Below are positions 61,919 through 64,000 of a stretch of DNA of 64,000 nt, piece by piece. Source of the DNA: Mobula hypostoma (lineage: Eukaryota); assembly GCF_963921235.1 (NCBI RefSeq), contig NC_086097.1, forward strand, positions 15,748,001-15,812,000, in the 5' to 3' direction. Below the pieces are notes generated by a model, which was given only the letters and a program-made list of their open reading frames with translations, did not search any database and was not told where the DNA came from. A program made the position numbers and the translations under genes. Within the stretch, counting starts at the first letter, position 1. Each line of letters starts with the position of its first letter.

Positions 61919-62359
61919 GCGCCTCTTCCTATAGATGCTGCTTGGCCTGCTGCGTTCACCAGCAACTTTGATGTATGTTGCTTGAATTTCCAGCATCTGC
62001 AGAATTCCTGTTGTTTGCGTTGAAATATATATGCGTTCAGCTTCAAGCAGTCTATCATAATCACAAAAGAATTCTGAAGAAGTAACACATTTGAAAAAAA
62101 TTGCTGACCAGTAAATTCGATTGAAAGGAGAAGAAATAGAACTCCAATAACCTGGCATCTGATTGTTCAGAAATCCTGATAGTCCAGCATCTGGCTCACT
62201 CATTTGTGTCAGGAGTCCAGAGAGAAATCAGGGTATTGCAGAATTTGTTGTCTTTTGGACATTGTTGTTTGTGTGTTTTTTTAAATTGATTTTATTGGTG
62301 TTTCTTTGTATCTAAGGATTCAAGATTCAAGATTGTTTAATGCCATTTCTAGTACACGA

Positions 62360-63760
62360 TTTGTAACATAAAATGAACTGTGGCACTGACACCAATTATC
62401 ATGAAGTGCTATGAACAGTTGTTAAAGGCACACATCAAAAACTCCATTCCTGTCACGTTGGACACTCACCAATATGCTTTCTGACAGGACCTCTCTACGA
62501 CAGATGTTATAGCATCTATCATGCACCCTGACATGCCTAGGAAACACAGACACTTATGTCAGAACGCTGTTTCTTGATTTCAGTTTGGTATTCAATCCTT
62601 TTGTCCCACAGACCTCGCTGAACGAACTCCTACTCCTCGGTCTAATTACATGTCTGTACAACTGTGTACTGGACTTCCTAACCAACAGATCTCAAATAAT
62701 CAGAATGCACAACGGTTCCTCCCGCCCCATCATCCTCAACATGGGAGTCCCCTAAAGGTGGGTGCTGAGCCCTTTGCTCTACACTCTGTTCACACATGAC
62801 TGCCCAGCCAAACACCCGAGTAATTGCATGGTCAAGTTCACCGATGACATGACAGGGGTGGGGCTCATCATCAACAAAGATGAGACATCCTACAGAGAGG
62901 AAGTGTAAAAGCTCGAGGCCTGGTGCCTGGCAAATAAACTCTTCCGTAATGTCAACAAGACAATGGAGATGGTTATCAACTTCAGGAGAACTCACACCGT
63001 GTACACTTCATGATCGATGGCACAGCAGAGGAAAATGTGAACAGTTTTAGACTCCTGGGAGTGCACATCTCACACAACCACTCATGGTTTCAGAAAACAT
63101 CCTACACAATCAAGAAGGCTCACCAACACCTCTACTTTCTGAAGAGGCTGAGGGGAGCTGCACTCTGCACGTCCATACTCAGGACCTTCTACAGGTGCTC
63201 AGTAGACAGCGTCCTAACAAGTTGCATCACTGCATAGTGTGGAAACTGCACTGTGGCGGACTGGAAGGCTCTACAATGTGTAGTTAAAACTACCAAGTGT
63301 GTCATTGGCATCAGCCCTCAAGGACGTATATGCAGAAAGGAGCGGGAAAAGGGCCCATAACATCATGAAAGATCCCTCCCACCCTGCTCATGGACTGCTT
63401 GCCCCACTCCCATTACATAGCAGCCACACAGGCCCACAAGATTCAGAAGCGGTTACTTTCTCCAAGCAGTAAGGCTGATCAACACCTCCACCCTTCTACA
63501 CCCCTAACCACCACTACTTTATTACCTCCTGTCAGTTACCTTATGCAGAGGCACTCCTGCACCGAGTGTCACTTTACAGACATACAATCAACCTTTGTAT
63601 ATAAGTTATCTTATGAATATATATTTATAGTACTTTTATTATTGTGTTCTTTATTTTATTATGTTTATTTTGTGTTGCATCAGATCTAAGTAATAATTAT
63701 TTCATTTTATGTTATAATTATGTACTGGAAATGACATTACACAATCTTGAATCTTGAATT
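62360..63760 (+). mobile_element. Rex1/Babar RT-to-3' fragment
   Basis: TYVRTLFLDFS, GVP*RWVLSPLLYTLFTHDC, KFTDD, KKAHQHLYFLKRL; tail (aatcttg)n. Confidence 0.88.
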
Positions 63761-64000
63761 CTTAAATACAAAGAAACACGATAGAATCAATGAAAAAAAA
63801 CACTTAAGACAACACGGACAAACAGACAGTGTCCAAAAGACAACAAATTGTGCAAATACAAAAGAAAAACAAAATAACAATAATAATAGGTTAATAAGTA
63901 AATACTAATACATGAGTTGCAGAAGTTTGAAAATGAGTCCATAGGTTGTGAGAACAGTTCAGTGTTGGAGTGAGTGAAGTTATTCCACTGGTACAGGAGC
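63761..64000 (-). mobile_element. Rex1/Babar-type 3' region (continues beyond window)
   Basis: aaaagacaacaaattgtgcaaatac...gagtccataggttgtg matches 30220-30390. Confidence 0.7.

Larger units (their letters stand above)
60060..62020. mobile_element. Penelope-like element (Neptune-type features), 5'-truncated, as a head-to-head palindrome
   Basis: Arms 60058-61002 and 61037-61981; TSD tgaaatatatatgc (60046-60059 and 62021-62034). Encodes CKRNKCYTC linker and GIY-YIG endonuclease VIYCVRCSRCGLLYIGETRRRLGDRFAEH, stops at 61585 (+) and 60454 (-). Confidence 0.95.
51306..62113 (+). mobile_element. Chapaev-3-like (CMC) DNA transposon: 5' end 51306-~51398, body ~58885-60059, 3' end 62035-62113
   Basis: Transposase motifs FIDSS, ICGDLKVVALL, CCFICKWDS, LPPLHIKLGLMK, MSLKIHFLHSH, HQDI. 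Termini cactggacaacaaa and ttgctgaccagta match 10/14. Linking the 51306 end to the body is an inference. Confidence 0.7.

Noticed and set aside
7000..64000. TC2N or another recognisable downstream gene
   Set aside because: I found no exon with recognisable protein similarity; synteny alone is not evidence.

Overview
Vertebrate genomic DNA, most likely from a shark or ray. This is inferred from HE1/V-SINE-type SINEs and the dominance of CR1, Rex1/Babar and Penelope-like elements. The only host gene I can support is the 3' end of fibulin-5 (FBLN5, + strand): three coding exons at 1302-1428, 4177-4372 and 6761-6922, with canonical AG/GT sites and matching phases. The remaining ~57 kb is mostly decayed, nested transposable elements: CR1, Rex1/Babar, RTE derivatives, several SINE families, Gypsy LTR relics, Tc1/mariner derivatives and a Chapaev-3-like DNA transposon. 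The main highlight is a very young ~2-kb Penelope-like (GIY-YIG) palindromic insertion at 60060-62020 with a 14-bp TSD. It carries an intact minimal hammerhead-ribozyme motif on each strand, and older hairpin relatives are scattered across the window. Also notable are a ~10.8-kb multi-level nest of insertions apparently inside the Chapaev-like element, a minisatellite derived from a CR1 3' UTR in the last FBLN5 intron, a foldback mariner MITE and a Gmr1-like Gypsy relic. Repeat boundaries were read by eye and are approximate unless a TSD or TIR is quoted. No database search was run.
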